Positions 1 through 12,328 of a stretch of 34,080 nt of DNA are shown one piece after another (positions within the stretch are counted from its first letter, which is position 1; every line of letters starts with the position of its first letter). This stretch comes from Octopus bimaculoides (taxonomy: Eukaryota), in assembly GCF_001194135.2 (NCBI RefSeq), contig NC_068998.1, positions 14,115,909 through 14,149,988 of the forward strand, read 5' to 3'. The notes under the pieces are model-generated. The model had not been told where the DNA came from. It ran no database searches and saw only the letters and a program-made list of their open reading frames with translations. A program made the position numbers and the translations under genes.

Positions 1-216
1 TATCAAATGGTTAAATAAATATATTCATCTCTCATATCACCTAACTTTATGTGATCTGCATACTCCCACATGAAATAAATTCCTACATTGGATCTCCTGC
101 ATTTCAGCTGAATACGACTCTACATTATACTCGTCCGTATTGGATTACCATGTAGTATGGTAGCCGGCCGGGTCCACTAGAGAAACTTTCTATGATTGCC
201 ATAGAATTCTATGAAT

Positions 217-235
217 CTATCTCTCTATCTCTCTC

Positions 236-292
<57 letters not shown>
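217..292. repeat. (ATCT)n/(CT)n microsatellite
   Basis: Visible tandem array. Confidence 0.95.
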
Positions 293-1430
293 GCATGTGT
301 GTTCATGAGTGTCTGTGTATGCGCGTTTATGTATGCTGTGCATATGTGTGAGTGCATGAATGTGAGTGCGGGAATGTGTGTGTAAATATATGTAAATATA
401 ATAGATTTATACAATCCGGAACGAAGAGAAAGTAAGATAATATCAAGCGGAGGCTATAGGTCAATGAAGCTTTCGTTTATGATGCAAGCTGCGATGAAAA
501 GATTATTTCTACATTTTATGCTGACATGTCTTGGACGGCTTTTAAATATCAATTGTTTATTCCAGTGTGGTTATGTCCTATACAATACTATTATTTTATT
601 GTGTTTCCTCCTTCCAGCTGAGGTCCCACTTTCGTTTAATGTCATACAGAACTGTACCTTTATGAATTACTGCCGAAGACTGACACAAATGAAACAATAC
701 AAAACACACACACATAGCACGCACATACACATACATAATATACATATGTACACAGCACACACATACACAATATACACACATACACACAATACACACACAT
801 TCATATATACATACATACTCAAATCTACCTCCCTCCCTNNNNNNNNNNNNNNNNNNNNNNNNNNNNNNNNNNNNNNNNNNNNNNNNNNNNNNNNNNNNNN
901 NNNNNNNNNNNNNNNNNNNNNNNNNNNNNNNNNNNNNNATATATATATATGCGTATATGTATATATCTATATATATCTATATTCACCGCATGTGAATCTT
1001 GATCGTGCAACTCTGTGCTCAAAGGCATTCTAGACGTGACCGTCACATCTTATTTTTCCAGGATTACGTTATCCAACGTGTTCTTCCTCCTGTTTCTTTT
1101 TTTAATCTTGCAAATATTTAGTTTCTATTTCTAGCAGGTCTAACAACCATGTTGAAGATTCCTCATTGGTTCATATTTTGGTTACTAGATAGATTTTTAT
1201 TGCATAGACAGCGCATTGTAGAGAATGTTTTCTTTCTTTTCTCTCTCTGACATCAAAAGTATACACATACACATACACATACACACACATACATGCATAA
1301 ACACAAATACACGCACACACGCATACATAAATATAAACACACACTTATACGTACATACATACATATATGCATACATAAACACACATACACACGCGCTATT
1401 TTGTATTTCTTTATCGTTCAGTTTGCTTAC

Positions 1431-1617
1431 TGTAAGAAATGTGGATTATAAGCCTCCCCAACCAGTGCATATTTTGACATATATTTGTTATCATGAAGTG
1501 ATTTCATAAAAGTATTAAAACTGTACTCTGCAGGGATTGAAATGCTTCGAATGTTAGCATTTTTGAATTGACAGTAGTTAGAAACTATGTCAATATAGCT
1601 TTCTTTCATATAATTAT
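1431..1617 (-). CDS. Internal coding exon (187 nt, phase 1 to phase 2) of an unidentified minus-strand gene: (D)NYMKESYIDIVSNYCQFKNANIRSISIPAEYSFNTFMKSLHDNKYMSKYALVGEAYNPHFL(Q/H)
   Basis: Acceptor tacatttttgtctgtgcag| at 1618, consensus donor CA|gtaagc at 1430, and an open frame with protein-like composition that stops immediately inside the intron. Product only tentatively iGluR/IR N-terminal-domain-like. Confidence 0.6.
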
Positions 1618-3145
1618 CTGCACAGACAAAAATGTACAAATAGACTCGACATTTTCTGTCACTGTTTATGACATGTTTCTCTAACATGCTTTACTCAGTT
1701 TTAATCAACAGTATTATAAATTTCTACTATGTAAACCTGCCTTGGTTGCTATGTTGTCGCTCCTTGTACTTTGTCTTTGTCAAAATTGGACATCTTAAAA
1801 CTTGTGTTACTTCATAATGATTTTACATTCCATTTATGTTTTGCATTACAACACAATTTCATTCGATCAAGGAATTGGTTTTGTGAAGCAATTACAAATC
1901 TCTTAGATTCTGAATCGAACATCTGTCTTTTAAATTAGATGAACAATCCAGTCTCTTTGTTACTGTTAAGTACTATGTTTCACACAGTACTTAATTTCTT
2001 AATTCTTAATTCCTTAATTTTCTCGGGTAACTTAACTTTTGGATCACTAGATTTTGTTTCTAAGCCACCTTGTACTTTTTCCAATAAATTCCTCCAGTTA
2101 AAAATACCTTTTGTTCTTTACATGATTACAAATATGATATTGAGGTTTTCACAGATGGTCGAATCGACAGAAGGGAGTATTCCCAGCTAAAGAACTGCTG
2201 GCATTTTTGTATTGCAAACTGTTCTAGCATAATTTCTAAAGCTGATACACAGTCTTATCAAACGGTCTAGTTCCTCTATACATTTATGTAAATAGATACC
2301 ATGTGTAGGTAGAGCCGAACTGTGTATGCTGTAAGAAAACTGTATTATTATCATCACATGTTAGGATTACTCGCAGGACTTTTATTGAAATCCTCCCTTG
2401 AGGATGTTTCGGTAAGAGAGATAGGCTCTAGCCAATAGGTCATGGGTTTAAAGTTTTTAAAGCTTTATATGCACATAGAGGAACAAACTAAAATGCATAA
2501 TGACTTATCTTGTTTTATTAATCATATTTATGTAAATTTATGTATAAAAGACACTCAAGCATTACAGTGGAGTTTTTAAAAAGTTATATTAAAAAAAAAT
2601 CCACGACACATCTAAATATCCCTTGTAGCATACAATATAATATTCGCACAAGATCTGGCGTGCTGGCGTTTGTTGCCGATAGATAGGCGAACGTAGGTAA
2701 AGCAAAATAAGATCTGTTCAGAACAAGTCACCAGCTGAAAAACTCTACACGATACCAATGTTACTGCAATGGTCTCATCTCCCCGGAGCAGACTAGGACC
2801 ATGCCGCCCAAACATAGACTTAACCGACCCACTTGTGACACCTCTAACCAACCCCCGGATCGATCTCTGTGTACTGCATGCTTTTCTTCCCAGAACAACG
2901 ACTCTTTAAAATCCCTTCCTTTCTCATATCCTCCTACAAGGTTTTAACTTACAGAGGTTCAAAACGAATATTAGTCACAAAAGTCTCTTTGGTTAAGGGG
3001 GGGGCCTGTGAAAGCCATGGGCCCTACCTCTTCTTCCAGACCCAGCAAATTAAAAAGAAGAACAGAAAGCAAAAAGTCAAACAATCCCCATCCCCCAACC
3101 TTCTGCTTTCAAAAGTAAGAGCACACTGGACAAGGTAACCTTGGA

Positions 3146-3176
3146 CATACATAGATACATACATACATACATACAT

Positions 3177-3221
<45 letters not shown>

Positions 3222-3247
3222 AGTATGTGTACACACACGCATGTATG

Positions 3248-3288
<41 letters not shown>
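3146..3288. repeat. Compound (ATAC)n/(CA)n/(TA)n microsatellite
   Basis: Visible tandem array. Confidence 0.95.
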
Positions 3289-3290
<2 letters not shown>

Positions 3291-3600
3291 ATTTCGATCG
3301 AATCCCCTGCGAGTTAACACGGGATCTCCTAACGACAATGTAAACTTTTTATAACCAAGGTATCCTTGACCTGAAGAATAACTTGCGGTCTCCCCTCGTT
3401 TGGATAATTACTACTACCGAGATTCCGCCAAGCTATGAAACATATGTAGACTGGATTTTATCTACTCTATTCCCTAATTTTAGATGTTTATTCGCATATA
3501 CAACAACCCCAGTAACTAACCTTGAATTATAAAATAACTTTTTTTTCAGTTTATCGTACTTCGATACGGCAAAAATCCTCAACTTTCTGCATCAATAAAC

Positions 3601-4419
3601 GGCGACTGCTCTTTATTGTCGGAGGTGGATTAGCACAACCGGTCAGCGGTTGCTGTGAAAAAAGTTGTGGAACGGAAAAGGGGCCAGGGGATCAGTTTAG
3701 GAGTTGTGTCTCTTGGGTGGGTATGCTGTGAAGCCGGCAAGAGTTATCTTGAAGTAGGGTAAGTGTGTATTCTTAATATGGTGCTCCTGTTGGAATGGGA
3801 TGTGCGATATTTGTAGCGGTGTCGTCTTATGTATAATTTTTCCGGGGTTGGGGTGTAGATATATATAGCTGTATTCATGAGGGTGGGTTTGTTAGCGTGA
3901 GTGTGTGAGGTCTGTGTATATGTGGGGTACAATTTATGTGAAGGGGTATGTGCTGGAGGAGGAAGACAGTTTATTTTGTGGCGGACACCTCACAAAATAA
4001 ATTCTCTCCCCACCCAACACATACCTCTTCACACAAATTGCACTCCCGCATATACACAGATCCCCCCACACATTGCACACCACATACTAACTACCTCCAC
4101 CCCGACTTTATCCCTTACAGAAAGAAAACACAGCTATATATATCTACACCCCGCAACACAGCTATATATACCTACACCCCGGAAAAAATTATACATATGA
4201 CATCACTACATATACCACACACCCCATCCCCACAGAAGCACAACATTAATTATACTCACTTTCTCTCTTCAAGATAACTCTTGCCGGCTTCACAACATAC
4301 CCAACCAAGGGACATAACTCCTAGACTAATCACCTAGCCCTTTTTCATTCCACCACCTTTTTCACAGCAGCTGCTGACCGTTTGCGATAATCCACCCTCG
4401 ACAATAAAGAACAGTCGCC
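3601..4419. repeat. Long imperfect inverted repeat (foldback): arms 3601-3980 and 3991-4419, 10-nt loop
   Basis: ggcgactgctctttattgtc...ttattttgtg is the reverse complement of cacaaaataa...gacaataaagaacagtcgcc. The arms align throughout, about 85% identical by eye over the outer 80 bp. Confidence 0.95.
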
Positions 4420-4895
4420 ATATTCCCTTCCATATCGGCTAACTCTGATTAGCGTAAAGTTATATAATCGGTTTGTTACCTAACGCTCCATTGTATTCTT
4501 ATATATATATAATGACGTTGTATTCTTATATATATATATAATGACGTAATGATCCTTAGTGTTCCAGTATTTGAAACTCATTGCAAGAAGCCGATCTACC
4601 TTGGAATTTAGCGTTTTCTTTTACTATTCCCAAGTTATTCTTGCAGATATTTTATTGCTTTTATTATAGAAACGTTCGAGTTTAACAACTCGCCTCACCC
4701 CATCCAGCTGTTGTGAATATGATATATATAATAATATCTATCAATAATATATTAATTTTATCTAATCTAATTTAAAAAAAGACAAAACTTTTGCTTAAAT
4801 TTCTTTTCTTTATATATAATTCAATTACAAATTCTAGTTAATCACATTAAAAAACGCAGCTCACTCTCAACAAAAATTTGTGGCAATTGCTGCGG

Positions 4896-4934
<39 letters not shown>

Positions 4935-4937
4935 GAA

Positions 4938-4985
<48 letters not shown>

Positions 4986-5076
4986 TAAGATTCTGAGTAA
5001 TAATCTAATATGCTTCTGCTATTCTTTTATATTTACTCGTGTCCACAGTTTAGTGTATTGACGTATTGATTACCTA

Positions 5077-5126
<50 letters not shown>
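4896..5126. repeat. (CTA)n, (ATT)n and (CA)n microsatellites
   Basis: Arrays at about 4896-4934, 4939-4985 and 5079-5126. Confidence 0.95.
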
Positions 5127-5128
<2 letters not shown>

Positions 5129-5254
5129 GCGCATATATGTTCATTGATCAATAATATCTATATATTTGTCTTCGTGTCTCTACATTTGTTTCTTGCCTTC
5201 CAAAACAATCATTGACAGCAGTATCAAATAGATGAACAGAACAATAGAAATTCG

Positions 5255-5412
5255 GCTGTGCAGTTAAGAAGCTTGTTTTATAATCACGTTGTTTCGAGTT
5301 CAGTCCCAGTCCGCAGCACCCTGGGCAAGTGTGTCTTCTATTATAGTCTCAGGTCGACCAACTTCTCGTGAGAGTATTTGGTGGACGGGAGCTACGTAGA
5401 TGCCCTTCATGT
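5255..5412 (+). mobile_element. SINE family A, tRNA-derived head
   Basis: ggctgtgcagttaagaagcttg...gagttcagtcccag...ctgggcaagtgt; homologous to 14341, 21400, 23583 and 32378. Confidence 0.85.
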
Positions 5413-5429
5413 ATTTATCGCTAGATGAC

Positions 5430-5960
5430 TTTAGTGAAGTCCTCTCAAGTGCAAGCATTCGTTCCTGATTTTCGGTTCAAGCGATTTTCCTTGTCTTCTT
5501 CCTGGTTCAGAAGCGTACATGGCTGCTGCATCGCTCTCGTATCTGAGCTCCACCAATTGTCATGATTTTGGTCTATTCAGCGCTAATCGGCAGACCGGTT
5601 TTCGCCCCCAATCTATATAGGCTATCTGTCATGGCTAGCAGCATATCTCTGTCGGAGATTAGTAACGTCAGGTCGTCTGTGAAAGCCAAATTTATCAGTT
5701 TCTCCGGTTTCCGCGTTTCCTAATCAATGAAATAGTTTTTAACCAAAATTTCTGTGTAGGCATCCTCACATTACGGAAGCGATGCGGTCTTGAAAATATC
5801 GTGGTAACATAGAATTACGTAACGTGAAATAAATTTCCCGTTGAATTCCATATTACATAGCAGTCGAGTCAAGATACATTTCGCGTTACGAAATCCCACT
5901 TTACGGTGATATTTTCAGGATCGCAATGCCTCCATAACGGAAGGACTGACTGTATTCTCT
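5430..5960 (-). mobile_element. Degraded RTE-type non-LTR retrotransposon reverse transcriptase fragment
   Basis: Minus-strand translation EKLINLAFTDDLTLLISDRDMLLAMTDSLYRLGAKTGLPISAE*TKIMTIG contains a YADD-equivalent (FTDD) and a GLxISxxKTKIM motif, with stops and frameshifts. Confidence 0.8.
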
Positions 5961-5996
5961 CAGTCATTTTAAGATCTGGTAGATACTACGATACTA

Positions 5997-6117
<121 letters not shown>

Positions 6118-6714
6118 ACTCACAGTCTACGCATCGCCGAAGAGCTGTAACAATATCGAAACGTAAGAAATTGTCATCTTACCGAAGATTAAACTCACTT
6201 CGCACAGCGTGCCTCACTCCAATGATTGAATTTTTGATAAATTTAGGTTTCAGAATTAATTCATCTTCTTTTTGACAACATTCTATGATTAATACTATTA
6301 ACTTGTCTCTTTATTACCTGTTTCATTTTTCTTTTAGCTCACTACATTAAATATTATATTCGCACTTAAGTGTTCGTTTATAATAACCTGCTGACTCATA
6401 AACGTGTAAGAATTTGCAGCTTAAAGCATACGGTTTCAATAAATTTTATAGAGTCAGTGTTCAGTCTTTAGTAGATTGTGCTTTCAGTGGTTATTTTTGT
6501 GAACTACCGTTTCAATTGCAGACAGCTAAATTACACAGATTATACAAAACCCCTTTTATGCTGTCTAAAACAATTTATTTAACGATCGTTTGTGCCAGAA
6601 GCTTAAAATCTTCAACTGACCCCTGCATTCAATTATTGTACATATGATCACCATGTTATTAACTCTTCTATAATGATATCAGGACTTCAGTATCCTTTAT
6701 GTTAGTAAAATTAC

Positions 6715-6770
6715 CTTCAGACTGGACGGTTTTGGACGTAATATCACTGGCGGTTGATGTCCTTGGTTTT
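6715..6770 (-). CDS. Candidate internal exon (56 nt): (E)NQGHQPPVILRPKPSSLK, or the alternative open frame KPRTSTASDITSKTVQSE
   Basis: Acceptor ttggttcaatgatcttttaacag| and donor AAG|gtaatt; locally GC-richer than its flanks; phase-1 start matches the exon at 8131-8274. Confidence 0.4.
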
Positions 6771-6807
6771 CTGTTAAAAGATCATTGAACCAATAAAAAA
6801 TATTTTC

Positions 6808-6856
6808 ACAACAACAACAACAGCAACTACTACTACTACTACTACTACCACTACTA

Positions 6857-6921
<65 letters not shown>
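6808..6921. repeat. (CAA)n followed by (CTA)n
   Basis: Visible array; source of the poly-S, poly-C and poly-V ORFs. Confidence 0.95.
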
Positions 6922-6923
<2 letters not shown>

Positions 6924-7199
6924 ACGATAGCTCATGATGCCTCTGTATGATGTTATCTTTATCGAAATACATTTCTTGTATGTGAACCTAACATACAAAC
7001 ACACTCGCACAGATATATCACATACACAAATAAAATAGTTACGCGTATGTCTGTATATTGTATATTATTTGTTTATTACATTTTATTCTTAAAGAAGATA
7101 TAAGTTTTCAGTACCTCTATAAAAATGATCAAAATATATTTTCTTGACCTAACGAAATTGCCCCGATAAAAGTTCATCTTACTAATTATTGTCGTTGTT

Positions 7200-7790
7200 G
7201 TTTAGCTTAAAATGATTCTAGCCTTTATTACCCAGTCTTTGTTTCACGGATAGTGTACCTCAGACTATATCATCCGAAGTATCAATTTTTTTAGAGACAA
7301 CAAGGTATGATTTGAATGTATTTGACTACGTCTAGCAGGCTAACGACAGCTTAGAGGCATCTTCGTTGGCCCGTTAATCCATGCGAGCAAGCATTTCTGG
7401 TATCGACTGAGAACATGGCCCATCTAACTAATATTGACACCAATAGTTGACAATTTACATCGCACGATTGTAATTTGTTTTCATAAAGAGATTTTCATGT
7501 GAAATTATGTTCCAAAATGAAATTTCGTTATATTTTACATAGGCCACTACCAACTGCTTCATGCCTTTCTGTGACGTCATGCTAGCATTGGTGATTCGTA
7601 AGCCATCAAACCAGCGAGAGATTTTTTGTGTAGTCATTCAATCTGCCAGAAGGAGTTAGATCTCTCTCAAATCACAACCCACTGCCTTATAAACAAAACA
7701 GACACGTTAGCCACAGTAGTTTTATATATACAAAAACGACCAGATAGTAATGGCTGTAATGTCTTCTATCTACACAGTCTGATGTAACTT
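7200..7790. mobile_element. Two diverged copies of a third interspersed repeat (ctagaaatagcagccaaatctccctcaaatcaca core) in inverted orientation
   Basis: Minus copy at about 7200-7350 and plus copy at about 7635-7790; related fragments near 1125-1150, 10145-10175 and 13515-13610. Confidence 0.6.
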
Positions 7791-7798
7791 GGGGCTAT

Positions 7799-7844
<46 letters not shown>

Positions 7845-8130
7845 CGACTGGTATTTTTGAGTTATCTCAGTTGTTCTACCCACTCTGATAACATTTTCAG
7901 ATGCAGAGTTTTGAAAAAGTAACACACACTATTTTAGCTTTGATGGCGTCAACATAATGAAATATATTTTCTACGTACTGGATATGCTTGTCTGTGTTCT
8001 TCATGTTCCATTCGAATTAAGTATACTGTCCAAATAAGATAAAACTAAGAAACCGTTTGAGAAGTTAGAGTATAAACGCATAGTCTAAACAGCTAATGTA
8101 ATCAATAGCTTATCCAGTCGGATAACTCAC

Positions 8131-8274
8131 CTTTAAGCACTTCCTCTCTATGTTCTGTGTTATTACACACATGCTCAAAATATGTAAAGAAGTTATCCAC
8201 ATTTCTTTGTGCTTTTCCACTGACATCGGCAGAATTTCCATTATTGGTGATATTTTGCAAAATTATAGTTTTGT
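8131..8274 (-). CDS. Candidate internal exon: KTIILQNITNNGNSADVSGKAQRNVDNFFTYFEHVCNNTEHREEVLK
   Basis: Strong donor AAAG|gtgagt at 8130 and a 47-codon open frame with NIT and NNT sequons. The acceptor (tattggcag) is weak; an alternative acceptor near 8220 is possible. Confidence 0.4.
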
Positions 8275-8696
8275 CTGCCAATATTCACGCCAAACGCCAG
8301 ACACACTTCTCACAGTATGTTGTCTCTATTTAATTTTTATCAATTTAAAATCTTGATTTGACTCCCTCACCTGCCGTGATGAAACTGTCATTAACGCTAA
8401 TGACTCGTCTTCTCATTAAAGATTTAATCTTAATTGTTTAAAAATTACTTTTTTAGCTTAGAACACTATGTTAGCAAGCATTTAACATCGAATATATTCT
8501 GTACTATAGATGGTTTCGTTCAACAGAAAATACTGCCAGATTATCTGCAAAATGCAGATCTTTTCAAGGAAACAGAAATTATAAACTGCACATCCATATG
8601 CTAATATGATTTTTTAATTAACTATCATAGAATCTATTGCAAATAGGAGGATTGTAGATAGCGAATGCAGTCCAGTCATTAATATATTACCGTTGT

Positions 8697-8910
8697 AAGG
8701 CGGCGTGCAGGCAGTATTGTTTGCAAGTCGTGAAAAACGCTTAGCAGCATTTCGTCCGTATTTACGTTCTGAGTTCAAATTCTGTCGAGGTCAGCTTTGT
8801 CTTCCCTCCCTTCCAGGTCGATGAAATAAGTATCAGTTAAGTACTGGGGTCCATGTAATCGACCTATCTCCTCCCTCGCAATTTTTGGCTTTGTGCCAAA
8901 ATTTGAAACC
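8697..8910 (+). mobile_element. SINE family B with flanking direct repeat
   Basis: aaggcggcg...gttctgagttcaaattc...ggtcgat...tttgaaacc; aatatattacc flanks both sides (8681 and 8911). Confidence 0.9.
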
Positions 8911-11041
8911 AATATATTACCATCGTAAGGACGATGCGAAAAGATTTCATGTTTTAAGATTTTCTAGACTCTGTTCTGACATATTCAACAGAAGAAAATT
9001 TTAAGCTCAACAGAATTTCACGTCCATCGCTACAAGCCCCAAATTTCTAACCGCGCATCCTTCTAGCGTTCGATATTAACAATAAAAGAATGAAGCCCAA
9101 AGTTGAGAACTTAGTACTGGCTTACTAATACAGACTTCCGGAGATCATCAAAATATCATTATCATCATCGTCCTCGTTGTCGCCACTACCACTAGCGCNN
9201 NNNNNNNNNNNNNNNNNNNNNNNNNNNNNNNNNNNNNNNNNNNNNNNNNNNNNNNNNNNNNNNNNNNNNNNNNNNNNNNNNNNNNNNNNNNNNNNNNNNN
9301 NNNNNNNNNNNNNNNNNNNNNNNNNNNNNNNNNNNNNNNNNNNNNNNNNNNNNNNNNNNNNNCAACTACGATCTATACAACAACGTTATCAACAACAGGA
9401 TTGGTTTCACTAGATTTACTGCGTTAATAAACCTAAGCCATACTTCACCGGATAGAGAACACGAAATCCTAAATATTGACCTATGTACATACTATATATT
9501 ATAATCACAATAATCACTTCGAAGGATCATATTTACATCTAACCTGTGCATATTATCGATTAATGTTACAGTTTAATTACCTTGAATGATCATGTTTACA
9601 AATGTCGACCAAAAATAACCAATATACCGTAAAGTACCCTAGCTTTTCTCACTTAGTGAGGAATTTTCTTTACGAAAAGTGAAAATAAAGTTTAAGTATT
9701 TTGACTGGATTTTAATTTTTGGTTCGATTTATTATACCATATTGGAACTTTTATAAGTGCTTGGAGACAACTGAGCTTCACTTATATGACTCATGATTAC
9801 AATCCACTGAGTAAAAACAACAAGCAAGTATAAAAACGCGTTCTATGTTGCCACATCAAACTAACGAAGAGTTACGATGCATATTAATCAGTAAATAGAT
9901 GATATAGGTATTGTTATCTTCTTGCTAGAAGCAGTTGGAACATTGTAAAATAGGCAAATTTTAATTCCTAGGTAACCCAAGTTCAGACTTAATGGAGCAA
10001 GCTTATTTATCAAAAGCATTCCAGTCCTTTTTTTCTGAATTTTCTGAATTTTATGAATTCATTCATAATACTATGCCTAGGACTACATTCTACAATGTTC
10101 CATTCCACGTCTCTATCTTTTTACAGTGACTAAGTTGTAAAATGTGGGAGATTTGGTTGATATTTCTAGCAAGTCTTCTTATCAACCACTTAGGACATTT
10201 CTTGTTGGCTCAATAGTTATCAAATTTTGTTTTGATGGGCTCGAATCTTTTCATGAATATAACATGTACAGAGAAGAGCTGCGCCGGATACAATCCCGCT
10301 TGACGCACTGCGCTTGCTAATGTATTCAACCCGTATGCTACAGGATATTCCGCCATTTTGGCTTTTCTCCCCAGTTAACAAATAACAAGGAACAAAGTGA
10401 ATTAAGATTTATTTATTTTTTAAAAAACGTTTGTTTAATAAAATTCAATTTAAATAACAATTAAAGAAAATCGGGGAAAATATAGACAATAAGTTAAGAG
10501 GCTTTTAAAACCAAGTCTTGGTTAAATATCACAATATATGATGAACTGATAGATTTNNNNNNNNNNNNNNNNNNNNNNNNNNNNNNNNNNNNNNNNNNNN
10601 NNNNNNNNNNNNNNNNNNNNNNNNNNNNNNNNNNNNNNNNNNNNNNNNNNNNNNNNNNNNNNNNNNNNNNNNNNNNNNNNNNNNNNNNNNNNNNNNNNNN
10701 NNNNNNNNNNNNNNNNNNNNNNNNNNNNNNNNNNNNNNNNNNNNNNNNNNNNNNNNNNNNNNNNNNNNNNNNNNNNNNNNNNNNNNNNNNNNNNNNNNNN
10801 NNNNNNNNNNNNNNNNNNNNNNNNNNNNNNNNNNNNNNNNNNNNNNNNNNNNNNNNNNNNNNNNNNNNNNNNNNNNNNNNNNNNNNNNNNNNNNNNNNNN
10901 NNNNNNNNNNNNNNNNNNNNNNNNNNNNNNNNNNNNNNNNNNNNNNNNNNNNNNNNNNNNNNNNNNNNNNNNNNNNNNNNNNNNNNNNNNNNNNNNNNNN
11001 NNNNNNNNNNNNNNNNNNNNNNNNNNNNNNNNNNNNNNNNN

Positions 11042-11072
<31 letters not shown>

Positions 11073-11405
11073 GTATATCATTAAATAGTACTAGATCATA
11101 TCATATTGATTTTTTTTTATATTGCTTACTTTTGTAAAGCAACGACGGCAACAATATTAACAAGAAACACAACAACGATATTAATAACAATAATAACAAT
11201 AATAACAACAGCACCACCACCACCAGCAGCAGTAAAATTCAATTCACGAAGAAAAAAAAAAGAAAAGAAGGAAAACTGCAACGATAAATAGAAAAATGAC
11301 AACTGCAGTAATTACAATACTGACATTGGAAAAGCCGTAGATTTTAGAAGAGGGAGCTTGTATGAATCTGTATGACGTTCATGACTTTCTCAAAGGAAAT
11401 GTAGC

Positions 11406-12328
11406 NNNNNNNNNNNNNNNNNNNNNNNNNNNNNNNNNNNNNNNNNNNNNNNNNNNNNNNNNNNNNNNNNNNNNNNNNNNNNNNNNNNNNNNNNNNNNNN
11501 NNNNNNNNNNNNNNNNNNNNNNNNNNNNNNNNNNNNNNNNNNNNNNNNNNNNNNNNNNNNNNNNNNNNNNNNNNNNNNNNNNNNNNNNNNNNNNNNNNNN
11601 NNNNNNNNNNNNNNNNNNNNNNNNNNNNNNNNNNNNNNNNNNNNNNNNNNNNNNNNNNNNNNNNNNNNNNNNNNNNNNNNNNNNNNNNNNNNNNNNNNNN
11701 NNNNNNNNNNNNNNNNNNNNNNNNNNNNNNNNNNNNNNNNNNNNNNNNNNNNNNNNNNNNNNNNNNNNNNNNNNNNNNNNNNNNNNNNNNNNNNNNNNNN
11801 NNNNNNNNNNNNNNNNNNNNNNNNNNNNNNNNNNNNNNNNNNNNNNNNNNNNNNNNNNNNNNNNNNNNNNNNNNNNNNNNNNNNNNNNNNNNNNNNNNNN
11901 NNNNNNNNNNNNNNNNNNNNNNNNNNNNNNNNNNNNNNNNNNNNNNNNNNNNNNNNNNNNNNNNNNNNNNNNNNNNNNNNNNNNNNNNNNNNNNNNNNNN
12001 NNNNNNNNNNNNNNNNNNNNNNNNNNNNNNNNNNNNNNNNNNNNNNNNNNNNNNNNNNNNNNNNNNNNNNNNNNNNNNNNNNNNNNNNNNNNNNNNNNNN
12101 NNNNNNNNNNNNNNNNNNNNNNNNNNNNNNNNNNNNNNNNNNNNNNNNNNNNNNNNNNNNNNNNNNNNNNNNNNNNNNNNNNNNNNNNNNNNNNNNNNNN
12201 NNNNNNNNNNNNNNNNNNNNNNNNNNNNNNNNNNNNNNNNNNNNNNNNNNNNNNNNNNNNNNNNNNNNNNNNNNNNNNNNNNNNNNNNNNNNNNNNNNNN
12301 NNNNNNNNNNNNNNNNNNNNNNNNNNNN
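11406..12328. other. Assembly gap whose two flanks overlap by 48 identical bp
   Basis: 11358-11405 is identical to 12329-12376. Confidence 0.9.

Noticed and set aside
1431-1480. YALVGEAY as a flavin amine oxidase (L-amino-acid oxidase-like) GEAY motif
   Set aside because: The match is very short, and no following GWxEG exon or FAD-binding motif is found in the window.
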